From contig JBHGNT010000018.1 in NCBI GenBank assembly GCA_043228905.1, forward strand, positions 3,472,001 through 3,536,000: DNA of 64,000 bases. The letters run 5' to 3'. Shown here in pieces: positions 1-11,813 of this stretch. Position 1 is the stretch's first letter. Every line of letters starts with the position of its first letter. This DNA comes from Azolla caroliniana. Lineage: Eukaryota > Plantae > Polypodiophyta. The translations under genes were made by a program, and so were the position numbers. Below the pieces are notes generated by a model. The model was not told the DNA's origin and made no database searches. It was given only the letters and a program-made list of their open reading frames with translations.

Positions 1-639
1 TTTAGGTGATATCCAAGATAATGATGTCATTGCATGATGATACAATATATTTGTACAAAATATTTCATGTAGATGCAACAACCATTGTTTGGGAGGGATA
101 TGTGTTGTTGCATCCATGTGAAATATTAAGTATCCATGCCTAGTTTAAATGTTGTTTTATTTGAACAAGGTAGAGGAAGTCATAGAATAGTGAGTGTGAT
201 AAATGCGATTGTAAGAGAATGAGAGATGTGTACAAATGTGTGCTTAATCTTCATTTCCATTATATCACAAGCTTCTACCTATCAATTGTGCCAAAGAGTT
301 AACCACTCTTTAGACTCGAGCAAATGATTCGTAAGTAGTAAAAATGTGACTAATTGAAATTGAGAGATTATGTAATCAATGTCAAATCTTGTAAGTGAGA
401 GAAACAATCGCTATATTTTAAAGTTGAATGTACATACTTTCATACCTTAAATCAGCTTCTTTTCCACACAACCTAATCTTGTGATCTTAACATAAATTCC
501 AAGAGAATGAACTAATTTTGCAAAGGTATTTATCTTCTTACATGGTGGTTTTACAATCTTTACAAGGTTTAATGGAGTAATTGCAGACCTTTCCCATTAT
601 TTTTTATAGAGGTTGGTAATTACTAGGCCATTGAGGTTT

Positions 640-3321
640 CTAAGTGACAAATATATGGGTCATTGGCATAAGAACATTTGTCGGAGTGGCACAATCCATA
701 GTATTCAAAAAACATCGTTTGCCGAGATCAAGTGTACCATGTGTTTTACAGTTCGACAGCAACATTATCCATGCTAGTGTATCAGGTAACATTGGCATAG
801 TCTTAATGAAGCATTCAGACTCCTTTAAGAAACCTACACGTCCAAGAATATCAATAATGCAACCGAAGTATTGATTCTCTGATCTGGTAGAATAGTAAGC
901 TGATGGATCATGGAAGTATCCTTCACTGAATTGTGCAACAAAAAATAAAGCTTTCATAGAATTGCTCGTATGAAATTGGTCATGTGTTATTTGGATAGAA
1001 TCATCCAAAGATATTGGTTGGTATACTGAACTCTGACACAAGTTGCTCCCTTCATGTACATTCCCATAACATTTGTAAGTATCGACAAGTTTTTTTTCAA
1101 GAATCTTATCACAATCAAACCCGGCCTTCACAAGCTCTTCATGTATACTTCTGCCATGCCCTAAGGCTCCTGTATTTATAAATGCTGTCAATATTGTTGT
1201 ATATAGAATACAATCTGGTTGTATACCTTTCTCTTGCATCCTTTTGTAAAGGTTGATTGCAGTGATATTTTGTTCTTGGTGTACATACCCTGAAATAAGT
1301 GCGCTCCATGCAACTAGATTCAAACCATCTAGGCTATTGAACACTTGGTTTGCTTCTTCCAAGTATCCGCACTTTGAATACATGTTCACAAGAGTACTTC
1401 CAATCTCGACATCAGTTTCTAATCTACATTCTACGATCTCATTGTGGACTGTCAGGCCTGCTCCTAGGGCATTGCATGCTTTTAGAATGCTTAAAAATAT
1501 CGCCTTGCTAGGTGCTATGCCTTCCTTTTTCATCTCAACAAATAGCGTAAAAGCAAGGCAATCATGACCTTGCAAAGCAAAACCTTCAATCATTGTACCG
1601 AATAATACAACATCATGATTCGGTAATGCATCAAACACTTTGAAGACTTCATTGAAAGTTCCATATTTCACATACATCTCTGAAACTGCACTTCCGATGG
1701 CAATATCAAGTTCAAATCCTTCTCTAATAATATGCGTGTGTATTATCCTTCCTTTCCATATAGCTCCTGAGCCAATGCAAGCATTAAGAATTGAAAGCAA
1801 CATGACTTTGTTTGGCTTCCAGCCTTGCACTTGCATTTCATCATACAACTCGAATACTTCATTCTCATATCCATTTGTAGCATAACCTCCAAACATGATG
1901 CCCCATGATAATTCACACCTCTCTGGCATGCTGTCAAAGACCGCACGTGCATCTATCAGGTCACCCGATTGAGCATACATGTCTATAAGGGCATTTCCTA
2001 AAGTTTCTTGACATTCCAATCCATTCCTCAATATCAAATCATGAATGCTTCTTCCTTGGAGAAAGGATGCAAACATGCTTGAAGCCTTTACGCCATACAA
2101 CAGAATAACACTATTTGGTTTGATATTCTCCTTTAGCATCCGATCCAAGAGCTTCAGTGCTGAGAATGGGTGCCTATATTCAACATACCCAAAAATCAAT
2201 GCACCCCAAGAGACCAAATTGCGTTCGGGAAGCTGTTCAAATATGTCACAAGCCTCCTTTAAACAACCACATTTTGCATACATATCGATTAAAGTGTTTT
2301 TAACATGTAAAAGTGATTCGAGTCCTATTTCTGTAACTTCATGATGTATCAATCTGCCCATTTGAGCACTTTGCATGGATCCAGATGCTTGTAGCATTGG
2401 CAAATATATCATAATATTTGGTTTGAGGTTAGAGCATTGCAACTTTTTGAAAAGTTCGAATGCATGATGGGCGTATCCATTTGCAGCATACCCTGACATC
2501 ATAACACCCCAAGAAATTATATCGTTATTTTGCAACCTATCAAAAACTCTTTTTGCATCTTCCATTGAACCACAATCAAGGTACATCCCAATAAGAGTGC
2601 TCCCAATGACTACATCGACTTCAAGATTTTGCCTCATTATCTCACAATGCAATAGCTTGCCTTCATGGATGGATCCTGTAATCCCACAAGCTTTCAATAC
2701 ACATGAAAATGTGAAATTGCTGGGTGAGAGACCTTCTCCTTGCATAATTTCAAAGAGTTTGAGCCCAACATGAGCCTCGTCATTATGTACATAACCTGAA
2801 ATCATGGCTCCCCACGTGACCACGTTTCTAGAAGGTAACATATCAAATACTCCCCGTGCATCTTTGAGTTGTCCATTCTCCGCATAAACATGAACAAGAG
2901 TGGTTCCGACATTGATGTGGACATCCATTCTGCTATTCACAACCTCATGGTGTAGAACTCTACTTTGATCCATCCTCTTTAAATCACCACACGCATTCAA
3001 CATACACAAATACGTAACAACATCCGGAATTACTCCATCCATATGCATTTTCACGTATAAATCCATTGCTTTCTCAGGTTGTCCGAGCTTCTTGGATGCT
3101 GAGATGATTGCATTCCATGTGAATATACCTGGCTTTCCAACTTTAGAGAAGGTTCTCTTCGCTCCATCCAGATTGCCACAAATGGTGAAAAGACGAATGA
3201 GATGATCATTCCAGAAATGGCCGATAGAATCGAGACCATCTCGAATCACGAGGCATTGGATATGCCTAGCAGATGCAAGATCCTTCTTCTTCAAGCATTT
3301 GTCCAAGAGGCTGGTATACAT
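640..3321 (-). CDS. PLS-class pentatricopeptide repeat protein (RNA-editing-factor type) with partial E domain and no DYW domain
   Basis: 893-aa ORF of repeated P-L-S motifs (e.g. GSTLIGMYLDCGSMEDAKRVFD / NVVTWGAMISGY). It ends in an E-like IDILGRVG...MPMLPDTLAWIMLLSNCKTHG. The frame is open 15 codons upstream of the ATG to a possible acceptor (cttgtag), so an upstream exon may exist. Confidence 0.93.
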   Translation of the reverse strand: MYTSLLDKCLKKKDLASARHIQCLVIRDGLDSIGHFWNDHLIRLFTICGNLDGAKRTFSKVGKPGIFTWNAIISASKKLGQPEKAMDLYVKMHMDGVIPDVVTYLCMLNACGDLKRMDQSRVLHHEVVNSRMDVHINVGTTLVHVYAENGQLKDARGVFDMLPSRNVVTWGAMISGYVHNDEAHVGLKLFEIMQGEGLSPSNFTFSCVLKACGITGSIHEGKLLHCEIMRQNLEVDVVIGSTLIGMYLDCGSMEDAKRVFDRLQNNDIISWGVMMSGYAANGYAHHAFELFKKLQCSNLKPNIMIYLPMLQASGSMQSAQMGRLIHHEVTEIGLESLLHVKNTLIDMYAKCGCLKEACDIFEQLPERNLVSWGALIFGYVEYRHPFSALKLLDRMLKENIKPNSVILLYGVKASSMFASFLQGRSIHDLILRNGLECQETLGNALIDMYAQSGDLIDARAVFDSMPERCELSWGIMFGGYATNGYENEVFELYDEMQVQGWKPNKVMLLSILNACIGSGAIWKGRIIHTHIIREGFELDIAIGSAVSEMYVKYGTFNEVFKVFDALPNHDVVLFGTMIEGFALQGHDCLAFTLFVEMKKEGIAPSKAIFLSILKACNALGAGLTVHNEIVECRLETDVEIGSTLVNMYSKCGYLEEANQVFNSLDGLNLVAWSALISGYVHQEQNITAINLYKRMQEKGIQPDCILYTTILTAFINTGALGHGRSIHEELVKAGFDCDKILEKKLVDTYKCYGNVHEGSNLCQSSVYQPISLDDSIQITHDQFHTSNSMKALFFVAQFSEGYFHDPSAYYSTRSENQYFGCIIDILGRVGFLKESECFIKTMPMLPDTLAWIMLLSNCKTHGTLDLGKRCFLNTMDCATPTNVLMPMTHIFVT

Positions 3322-3519
3322 GATGATAATGACGGTACTCTGGACTCCATCAGTACTGCTACATATCTACAAGCTACTCGTTTTTTGGTCTGGGTCGGTA
3401 ACTCTGTTCTTCTATTCATTTGTATACATTGGCATGACTTCATGTGACTTTACTTGGGTGATATCATGATTCCTTGTGGGTATTTTGAGCAATTGCCTGC
3501 AAACTTTGACTATATAGAT

Positions 3520-3857
3520 GGTAGATATGCTGCTATGCAACATGAACAGAAAGCAGGGCTATGGTGCCACATTGCGCTTTAACCTAAATCCCACAAAGAG
3601 TGTTAGACTGATTAAGATGACATGTCGATGGTCATGGAAGTCAAGATCCACTAAGGAGTTCATAACAACTCACATGCCGAATCAACTAACCCCCAAAAAT
3701 GGATGGTGCTGAAGGGCTTGACATATACCCAACCCTTGGGGGCGAGTGTGAGAGCCTTGATTAGTAGGAGGGCATGGGGGTAATGGTGCATCTCTAGGCT
3801 TGTGCTCAAGTAGAACAACCCTTGGTGCAAATCTTGGTGGTAGTAGCAAACATTCCT
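3520..3857 (+). pseudogene. Degenerate nuclear 25S/26S rRNA fragment
   Basis: Recognisable conserved LSU segments: ggtcatggaagtc-aagatcc(a)ctaaggag, aacaactcac(a)tgccgaatcaacta, aaaatggatgg, atcttggtggtagtagcaaa(c)attc. Many C>T/G>A changes. Isolated ~340 bp with no other rDNA nearby. Confidence 0.85.
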
Positions 3858-4662
3858 AAAGATTTATATACTTATTTCAATTCTCAAAACTAGTGACTAG
3901 GTTCTAGTATGCCAACAGGTGATTAAAAGTATTGGTTATCGAGAGTCTCCAGCTACTTTCATTGTGTAGAAGCGTGTATCTACCTTGGATATATATCATG
4001 GCTTCACTTTGAGTGTTTCAGTGTCGCTATGAAGGGTGTTTCACATTTTGAAATTGTTCAATTGAGGAATAAATTGGCTGTGGAGGAAATGAACCTGCAT
4101 ATCCATATGTCATAATCATTGCGGCGTTAAGTGTTCATATAAAACTCTAAATTTGTGTTTTTTGCATAAATGTAGCAAAGTTTATGTTCAGTAAATTACA
4201 AGTTGGGCATTGATTTCCTTGGGATAATGAGAGCTTACAATAAACAAGTTGCAAGATTAAAACATTTTCTATGTTTCTTGTTTCTTGACTAGCATGACTC
4301 AAGGAACATTTGGTTATATAGACATAAACTAATTGCTCCCATGTTGAAATGAACATGATTATAGCATTTGCCTTGCTTAAATATATGATTATATATGTAA
4401 TCCCATTATCATTCCTTTATTAACACAGGATTTTCGTATGATCCTTTGTTATGCCATTATCATTCCTCAAGATTATATAAGCAGAAGTGGATCACACACT
4501 TCCAAATCATTTCACAATAAAACAATCCCATCCATCATTCAAGTGGCAAGCTTATCTGCCACATCATGAAAAAAGTTTGGTGTCCACTCAATTGGCATCC
4601 AAATACATTGTAGATTACGCCCTCCTATAGAAATATGAGAAAAAGAAAAACGTTTCTGAACT

Positions 4663-7600
4663 TCACAATCCATGCTGCTGCATCGCACGAACTCTCATTG
4701 GAAGGCCATAAAGGCGTATAAATCCAGCAGCATCAGCTTGATTATATATGCCACTTCCTTCTTCAAAAGAAGATATATCTTCTCTATACAAGCTATAAGG
4801 GCTCTTTCTACTGGCTACTAATACTGAACCTTTGAACAATTTCAGCTTCACTGAACCAGTTGTTGTGGATGATACTTTCTCCATAAAAGCATCTAAAGAC
4901 TCTCTTAATGGGTCGAACCATCTACCAGCATAAACAAGTTCAGCATACTTTATAGCAAGCGTATCTTTGAGCTGCATCGTTTCCCTGTCCAAGGTTAATG
5001 ATTCTAACTCGCGGACAGCTGTGTTAAGAATAGTACCGCCAGGTGTTTCATATACACCTCTACTTTTCATGCCAACAAGCCTGTTCTCAACCATATCAAT
5101 TCGTCCAATGCCATGTCTTCCTCCTACCTCATTTAGAGCTGCAAGTAGATTAGCTGGTGATAAAGTATCTCCATTGAATGAAACAGGAACCCCAGCTTCA
5201 ATGCCAATTTCAAGATACCTAAAAATGGCAAAAAGAAAACACACAATTTGCAAATCTATCTATTCCTTATCTATACAGGGGATGTAACTTTTGCATAAAT
5301 AGATGTCATTTGCAAATAAAGCCATTCGTCTATATATGATGTGAATGTAAAGTTGATGTAAATTGTTTTGCATGAACTAGCTTACTCTGGTTTGTCAGGA
5401 GCATCCTCGGGATCAACAGTCATGACATACATATCCTTCCTCGGCTCATTTTCAGGGTTTTCCAAAATATCTCCCTGACAATCAAAGTCATCAAACTCTG
5501 ATAATATTTAATCAAGATTTGGACTATTTTCAAAATCTGTTTGATTATTACCTCATGGCTGAGATGCCAAAGGTTACGATCTCTACTGTAAATAGATTTT
5601 TTAGTGACTGGAACAGGTACGTTATGTTTTTTGGCATATTCTATGGCATCTTCACGACCCCGTATATCCCATTCTCTCCATGGTGCCACCACATTTAGCT
5701 TCGGGTTCAGGGCAAAAAAGGTTAGCTCAAACCGCACCTAAGGTCAAAAAGAGAGATAAGTTTTATACTTTGATAGCGTTAAACAATGTTTGATATTAAC
5801 ATAAAACCCAGTTATTGTTATGATTATCTGATAACAATATCTCTCAGTACTAACTATTATGGTCAAGATCTGACCTGGTCATTGCCCTTGCCAGTACAAC
5901 CATGAGCAACAGCATCTGCACCAACTTCTTTGGCAACATCAACCATTGCCTGTAACCAAGAAGAACTTAATAGAGTTAAAACATTAAATAGAAATAGGAT
6001 ATGACAAAGTGAATTTCGTATTTCTCTCTGTGGTGTGAATATAATTATTCACGAGTACTACTGATCTATCATATATGTATATACCTGTAGCATAGATAAT
6101 GTGATATGATACAACAGTCTCACAACAAGTGACAGGTTCTTTATTAAATAAAACACATTGCAAAAAGATATCTTCTAGGCTGGTGTGCATTCATTTCCAA
6201 CGATTCAAAACCTATGAATAAATAAATAAATAAATAATGCAAAAAGAGTTATGCAAATAAATAAAAACTACACAATGATCTAAACAAATTCTGTCTATGA
6301 GACAGAAAGTCCTACCAATAATACTATTCAGAGTAGAGAGCAGATAATTATTGAATCGCTTCATAAAATAATAAATCAAATGTCATCTATGCATCAAATC
6401 ATATGTTTTTGAAGAACAAGTACATATAATTACCTTTGCTATGATTGGGCGTGCCATTGAAGTGCCAAGCAGATATTTTCTTTCATATACAGCTCCTGCT
6501 CTCAAGCAAGGGAAGACATAATCTTTCACAAACTCTTCCTTTAAATCCTTGATGAATAACTGACTAGCCCCACTGGCCTTCGCTTTGGCTTCCAATCCAT
6601 CAGTTTCACCAGTTCCCTGGGCTCATTAAAGACACAATCGGAAAGTTTGAGAAATCTTCCTTCAGAAACTGGAGGAAGTAAACTGACTTATAAGACGAGA
6701 GTATATCATGATTTTTGTCACCGACTCTCATGCAAATACTTCCATTTATATATGCATTTATGCAGGGGTTATGCAAGTGAATATGCATCATGTCCAAACT
6801 AGCTATGATTATAAGTACAAACCAATATATGCAGAAACTTAATGGTTTTAATAAAACAATTCCAAGCAATGCTCCATCTAGCTACAATCACAAGAATACG
6901 CCAATATAAGCAGAAATTTATGGTTTCTAATCACTGAATTCCACAGTCCACGATGTATTTAAACAAGTGTTAATATGCATGATGTTTAAAATATTGAAAC
7001 AAGTTATTGATGCACCTATAACAATACAGCATGGTTCAATGGCCTTCTAAAACTTACTTGGCCAACATCTGCTGTAAAACATACTACTTCACAGCCATAA
7101 TTCTCTCTGTAACACAGACACACACAACATTAGCATTCACACTCATACAGAAGACAAGACAACTCATGAACTAATGCAAATAAGTAAAAACATCACCACA
7201 CAAAAGAAAATCATAGAAGTTTTTTTTTTTTGCTTGTATACCTTAACCATGGTACTATAACAGATGTGTCCAAACCACCACTGTAGGCCAAAACAACTTT
7301 ATTCAATTTTCCCTTTAATCCAGGCTTTGTCGATGCAATTGTAGAACTAACCTCTGCCAGAACCATGTTTATCCCTGCAACCCAACATAACCAAAAAACG
7401 AAACTTTAGGAGACACTAGGGACAGAACAACGAATTTCCACATCTTGGGCAGAAATTCTTTTGATCATTTCGACTCTCCTTTTTAAAGCCAAATTATGCA
7501 GAAACTTAATGGTTTTAATAAAACAATTCCATGCAATGCTTCATCGAAACTACCTATGATTATAAGTATAAACCAATATATGCAGTAACTTAATGATTTT

Positions 7601-8235
7601 AATAAAACAATTCCATTCAATGCTCCATCGAAACCAGCTACAATCACAAGAATATCCCAATATAAGCAGAAACTTTTTTGACAGAAATTGATCAAAAACA
7701 AATAAATTGGCCCCACATATTTTATGATTGAAAAGGAAAACGTTTTCTGGAACAGTTCAAATGTGATGGCTTAAAATTTCTCAATAAAAGAAGAGAATAT
7801 CATTTCGTAGGAAACAACCAGATGGTAATTGGCAATGGCAATGGCTTGAATTCTTCTAGCGGAAGATAACGTTAAGTCTTTTATAGCGGGGAGGTAATAA
7901 AGAAAGAAGAAAGACGAAAGAAACGGCGGGGGCACAAAATTCTACCATCTAAAAAAGAAGAAATGGGAAACAAAAGATACATTATGAAAGGCTATCAATG
8001 TGGGAAGGGAAACAGGAGGGATGAAAAAAGAAAAAGGATGCAGAAACGGCGTAAAATATGAGTGAATACAAAGAAGAAGAAGAAGAAGAAGAAGAAGAAG
8101 AAGAAACAACATACCATGTGGTCGGAATGGATACGAAGAGGAAGACGATGAAGAGTTGAGGTGAGGAAGAAAAATGGTGCTTCTGCTTCTGAAGAAGCTG
8201 GAGGAAGTAAAAGATAAGGACGATGAAGACGCCAT
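4663..8235 (-). CDS. argG: Argininosuccinate synthase, plastid-targeted, 8 exons
   Basis: GT-AG exons 8235-8115, 7374-7242, 7106-7058, 6616-6434, 5949-5875, 5737-5552, 5474-5386 and 5218-4663 splice in frame. Motifs: [63 protein letters not shown]. The N-terminus is a Ser-rich transit peptide. An extra small exon in intron 1 cannot be excluded. Confidence 0.95.
6795..7672. repeat. Intronic ~85-bp repeat in ASS: two tandem copies at 7495-7672 and one dispersed copy at 6795-6920
   Basis: Shared tatgcagaaacttaatggttttaataaaacaattcc...caatgct...agctacaatcacaagaata. Confidence 0.8.
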
Positions 8236-8341
8236 TGCTGCTCGGATCAAACACACAGAGAAACAACAGAGAGAGAGAGAAACAGAGACAGAGAGCGAGA
8301 GGTCAGAGGAAGAAACCCTCAATTAATAATTACCCAGCCTT

Positions 8342-9020
8342 TCACACACACACACATGCAGGCATGCATAGAGAGATACATACATAACATAACATAACAT
8401 AACATAACATTACTGATACATACATACATACATACACATACATACATGAATGCACTATGCATGATCGAGATTTACATAACATAACTGATACATACATACA
8501 TACATACATGAATGCACTATTATGCATGCATAGAGAGATACATACATTATACAAACATAACATAACTGATACATACATACATACATACATGAATGCACTA
8601 TGCATGATCGAGATTTACATACATACATACATGAATGCACTATTATGCATGCATAGAGAGATACATACATTATACAAACATAACATAACTGATACATACA
8701 TACATACATACATACATACATACATACATACATACATACATACATACATACATACATACATGAATGCACTATGCATGATCGAGATTTACATACATACATA
8801 CATGAATGCACTATTATGCATGATACATAACTGATACATACATACATACATACATACATACATACATGAATGGACTATTATGCATGATCGAGATTTACAT
8901 AACATAACTTATACATACATACATACATACATACATGAATGCACTATTATGCATGATCGATATTTACATACATAATTTATACATACATACATGAATGCAC
9001 TATTATGCATGATCGCGATT
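8342..9020. repeat. Compound minisatellite: (CATA)n tracts alternating with tgaatgcacta(tta)tgcatg(atcgagattta) units
   Basis: About 10 copies of the unit, separated by (CATA)n of variable length, just upstream of the ASS start. Confidence 0.95.
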
Positions 9021-9199
9021 TGATCTGCGCTCAATCTCGGCCACAATTCAGTGTTTGGGCAAAGTTTTATAATGCCTACCACAAATAATTCTCCTCTTGC
9101 TTCTAATGATCCTAACCGGAAATTAGAAAAAAGAATTCTTTTAGGACAATACCCAAAAAAAAATGTTTAGCTCAAGATGAGGTAGTAACATAGATAGAG

Positions 9200-9900
9200 A
9201 ACATTCTATGAAGCAAACATGCTCTCCCTCCCCTTACCCGCTTCTTCGGCCTCTACATAGATGAGGTAGCAACACGGACATGGTGAGGTTTTATGTATCT
9301 TGTTGTCTAAATCTCATGCAAGTATACAATCTCATCTCGATAACCTTATATGGTATTCCTCATGAAAAAGGGGCTCAGAGCAAACCTTGGAAATATTGAG
9401 GCCGTGAACTTCCATGCATCCACATTGACTTCCTAATAATTTGTCTTCAACCTACCAAGAGGGCATGTTGAAGTGGTGGGTTCTTGTCTATACCTAGGGA
9501 GCAAATTTACAAGCATAAATGGGCATTTCTCTATGACCACACCACCATGGATCGATTCACAAGTAAGGATATGAGACGTTAGCTATCCTGGAACTTTGGC
9601 ACACTCCTCCCCTACCCTTATGTATGATGCAACTATATGGGCTTTAAGAACGAATTTGTCAATTGCGTCATCAAGGAGTGGAATTTGAAGAAAACTATGT
9701 TTTTAATTGGACTCTCTTTTATGAATGTAAGAGGGAGATACCATTGCCTTTGGCACACTATGCACCCACTTCCAATCCATTGTTTTGTCATACTTAAGCA
9801 AATTCTCCTCATTTGAGAACTTCCCTTAGTTACGACATTTAGACTTTTCTCACTCTTGCAACATATTCCAACACCTCAAAATCTTAGGCTAAATTCCTTG
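9200..9900 (+). mobile_element. Highly decayed LINE RT relic
   Basis: tgctctccctccccttacccgcttcttcggcctctacatagatgag resembles the [14 protein letters not shown] motif seen in the intact RT at 59376-60143. Boundaries are approximate. Confidence 0.45.
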
Positions 9901-10028
9901 ATTCTTCCAAGACGTAGAAATCAAACCCAAATGTTAAGATATGCAAAGGCTACATGCATGGCATCAAGCCGTGGACAAATGACATAATGGATATCTATGC
10001 ATTATTTTCAAAGAATTATGAAACTCAC

Positions 10029-10343
10029 TTCATGGCACGCCGAGCCTTTTCTCCAAGTAGCACCAATTGTTGCAAGTTTTGTGTTCTTCTTACTCTTTTC
10101 GATCTTCAATTTGCACACATTGAAGAATTTTGCATCTTTTGGATTTGATCATGGCCATCCACCCTTGATGTATTTCACACCTTAAAAAAACATTCTCACA
10201 TTGATTACATGTGAGATTACAATAAAGAAAAAATCTAAACTTTTTTGCCACCAGAAAATCTAAAGACGGAGCAACTTACCTAGTTCAACCAAGGCATCAT
10301 CGATCTTTAGCTTGTCTACTAGAGTAAGAGAGATTCCAACCAT
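10029..10343 (-). pseudogene. Two-exon pseudogene fragment of a bacterial-type (CimA-like) citramalate synthase of the IPMS family
   Basis: Exons 10343-10280 and 10180-10029 have canonical AG/GT sites. They splice to [40 protein letters not shown]...KLATIGATWRKG. In-frame TGA at 10151-10149. Confidence 0.8.
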
Positions 10344-10369
10344 CTAAAAACAAATGTGCCACCAAAAAT

Positions 10370-10408
<39 letters not shown>

Positions 10409-10938
10409 GCTCACTCATACTCTTTATATCAATATATTTTAGACTTTCCCATCGCTTCTAAGTATGTCCATGCCTTCCCTGAATCTTTTTTGCTTGTGGA
10501 ACTCCTTCATTCATTTTGTTTGTCTTTCATGTATTTCTTGTGGTCAAGAAGTTTTCGTGTTGAATTATTCTTCCATGGCTTGTATTCAATTCACAATATC
10601 ATCATCATCATTGTTGTCATCATTCACGTGTCACTTTCCTTCTTTCATTTCCTCGGTTTCTGTTTGTTTGCTTGTAGATTGTGTTGCTTTTTTTACTGTC
10701 ATATTTCCATGGTTGTGAAAGAACTGGTTGGAGAGCATGTGGACTTGCAGGTTTCAATACCTTACCATTGTGGGTTTTTTAATAGATTTTCATATGTGTG
10801 AAAATGATATCTTTGATCATAGTGGTACTTAACCATTCCAAACATTAGTTTTCCATTTACTTTAATATGTCATGTTGTAGCCTGTGAACTATTATTTTTC
10901 TTTTTTTAGGAGATAGTCATATGTATCTAAATGATTAC

Positions 10939-11367
10939 TAACAATCAACAATGGTTTGGTTTGGTTTGAGAGGGTCCAAATCAAACCGTTTAAAATGTTT
11001 GAAACTTCAACCGAACCACAAAACTATTAAACTGAACCATTAAAACATTTTCAAACCGTTAAGCCATTAAACTGGTAAAACCGTGGTTTTGTGGTTCGAT
11101 TTCGGTATTCAGCTTAGGTCAAATTTAAAAATTTAAAAATTTCATTATTTAAAAATTTAAAGATTTTACTAAAATGCGAGAATAAGGCATTAAAATGAAA
11201 AGATTGTTTAAAAACAAATTTTGTGGTTTAGGTTTTTTTTTTTTTGAAAAAAAAAACTGTTAAACCGTTTAAACTGCGGTTTCTAACTGTTGAAACTGAA
11301 CCGTTAAGCCATTAAGCTGCGGTTTCGCGATTTGGTTTGATTCAAACCGAACCGTTGCCGATTGTTA
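10939..11367. mobile_element. hAT-type MITE (429 bp)
   Basis: Imperfect ~25-bp TIRs (taacaatcaacaatggtttggtttg / caaaccgaaccgttgccgattgtta). Perfect 8-bp TSD ATGATTAC at 10931-10938 and 11368-11375. Internal AAACCG/CGGTTT subrepeats. Confidence 0.9.
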
Positions 11368-11565
11368 ATGATTACAAGTATCTTCTTTAGTATAATGGCA
11401 CAATGTGACTGATGCATTTTTCCCCATATCCCTTTGTATTAGTTTTTGTTCACTTAGGTAATTTGAAGAACTTAAAGCTAAGCTCTTTGCTTCCGATTTA
11501 TGTTTAGTAATGTTGTTGTCTTCCTTTTTTTTGCTTGAAAAAATTGGATTGTATAGTCAAATGTT

Positions 11566-11813
11566 CATGGTATTATAATGTTCAAATGTGTCCAAACCCC
11601 CAATGTAGGCCAAAACAACTTTATTCAATTTTCCTTTTAATCCAGGCTTCGTTGATGCAATTTTAGAACTAACCTCTGCCAAAACCATGTTTATCATTGC
11701 AACCCAACATAACCAAAAAATGAAAATTTAGTACGCACTAGGAACAGAACAACGAATTTCCACATCTAGGACAGAAATTCTTTTGATCATTTCGACTCTC
11801 CTTTTTAAAGCCA
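11566..11813 (-). pseudogene. Duplicated fragment of ASS exon 2 plus adjacent intron 1
   Basis: Colinear with ~7248-7491 (tgtaggccaaaacaactttattcaatttt...gatcatttcgactctcctttttaaagcca). The splice acceptor is mutated and there are small indels. Confidence 0.9.

Noticed and set aside
3520-3857. Functional rRNA gene
   Set aside because: Short, isolated and heavily mutated, so it is reported as a pseudogene.
8342-9020. Repeat-spacer pattern resembling a CRISPR array, and overlapping ORFs
   Set aside because: The spacers are just (CATA)n, there are no cas genes and the context is eukaryotic. The ORFs are low-complexity artefacts.
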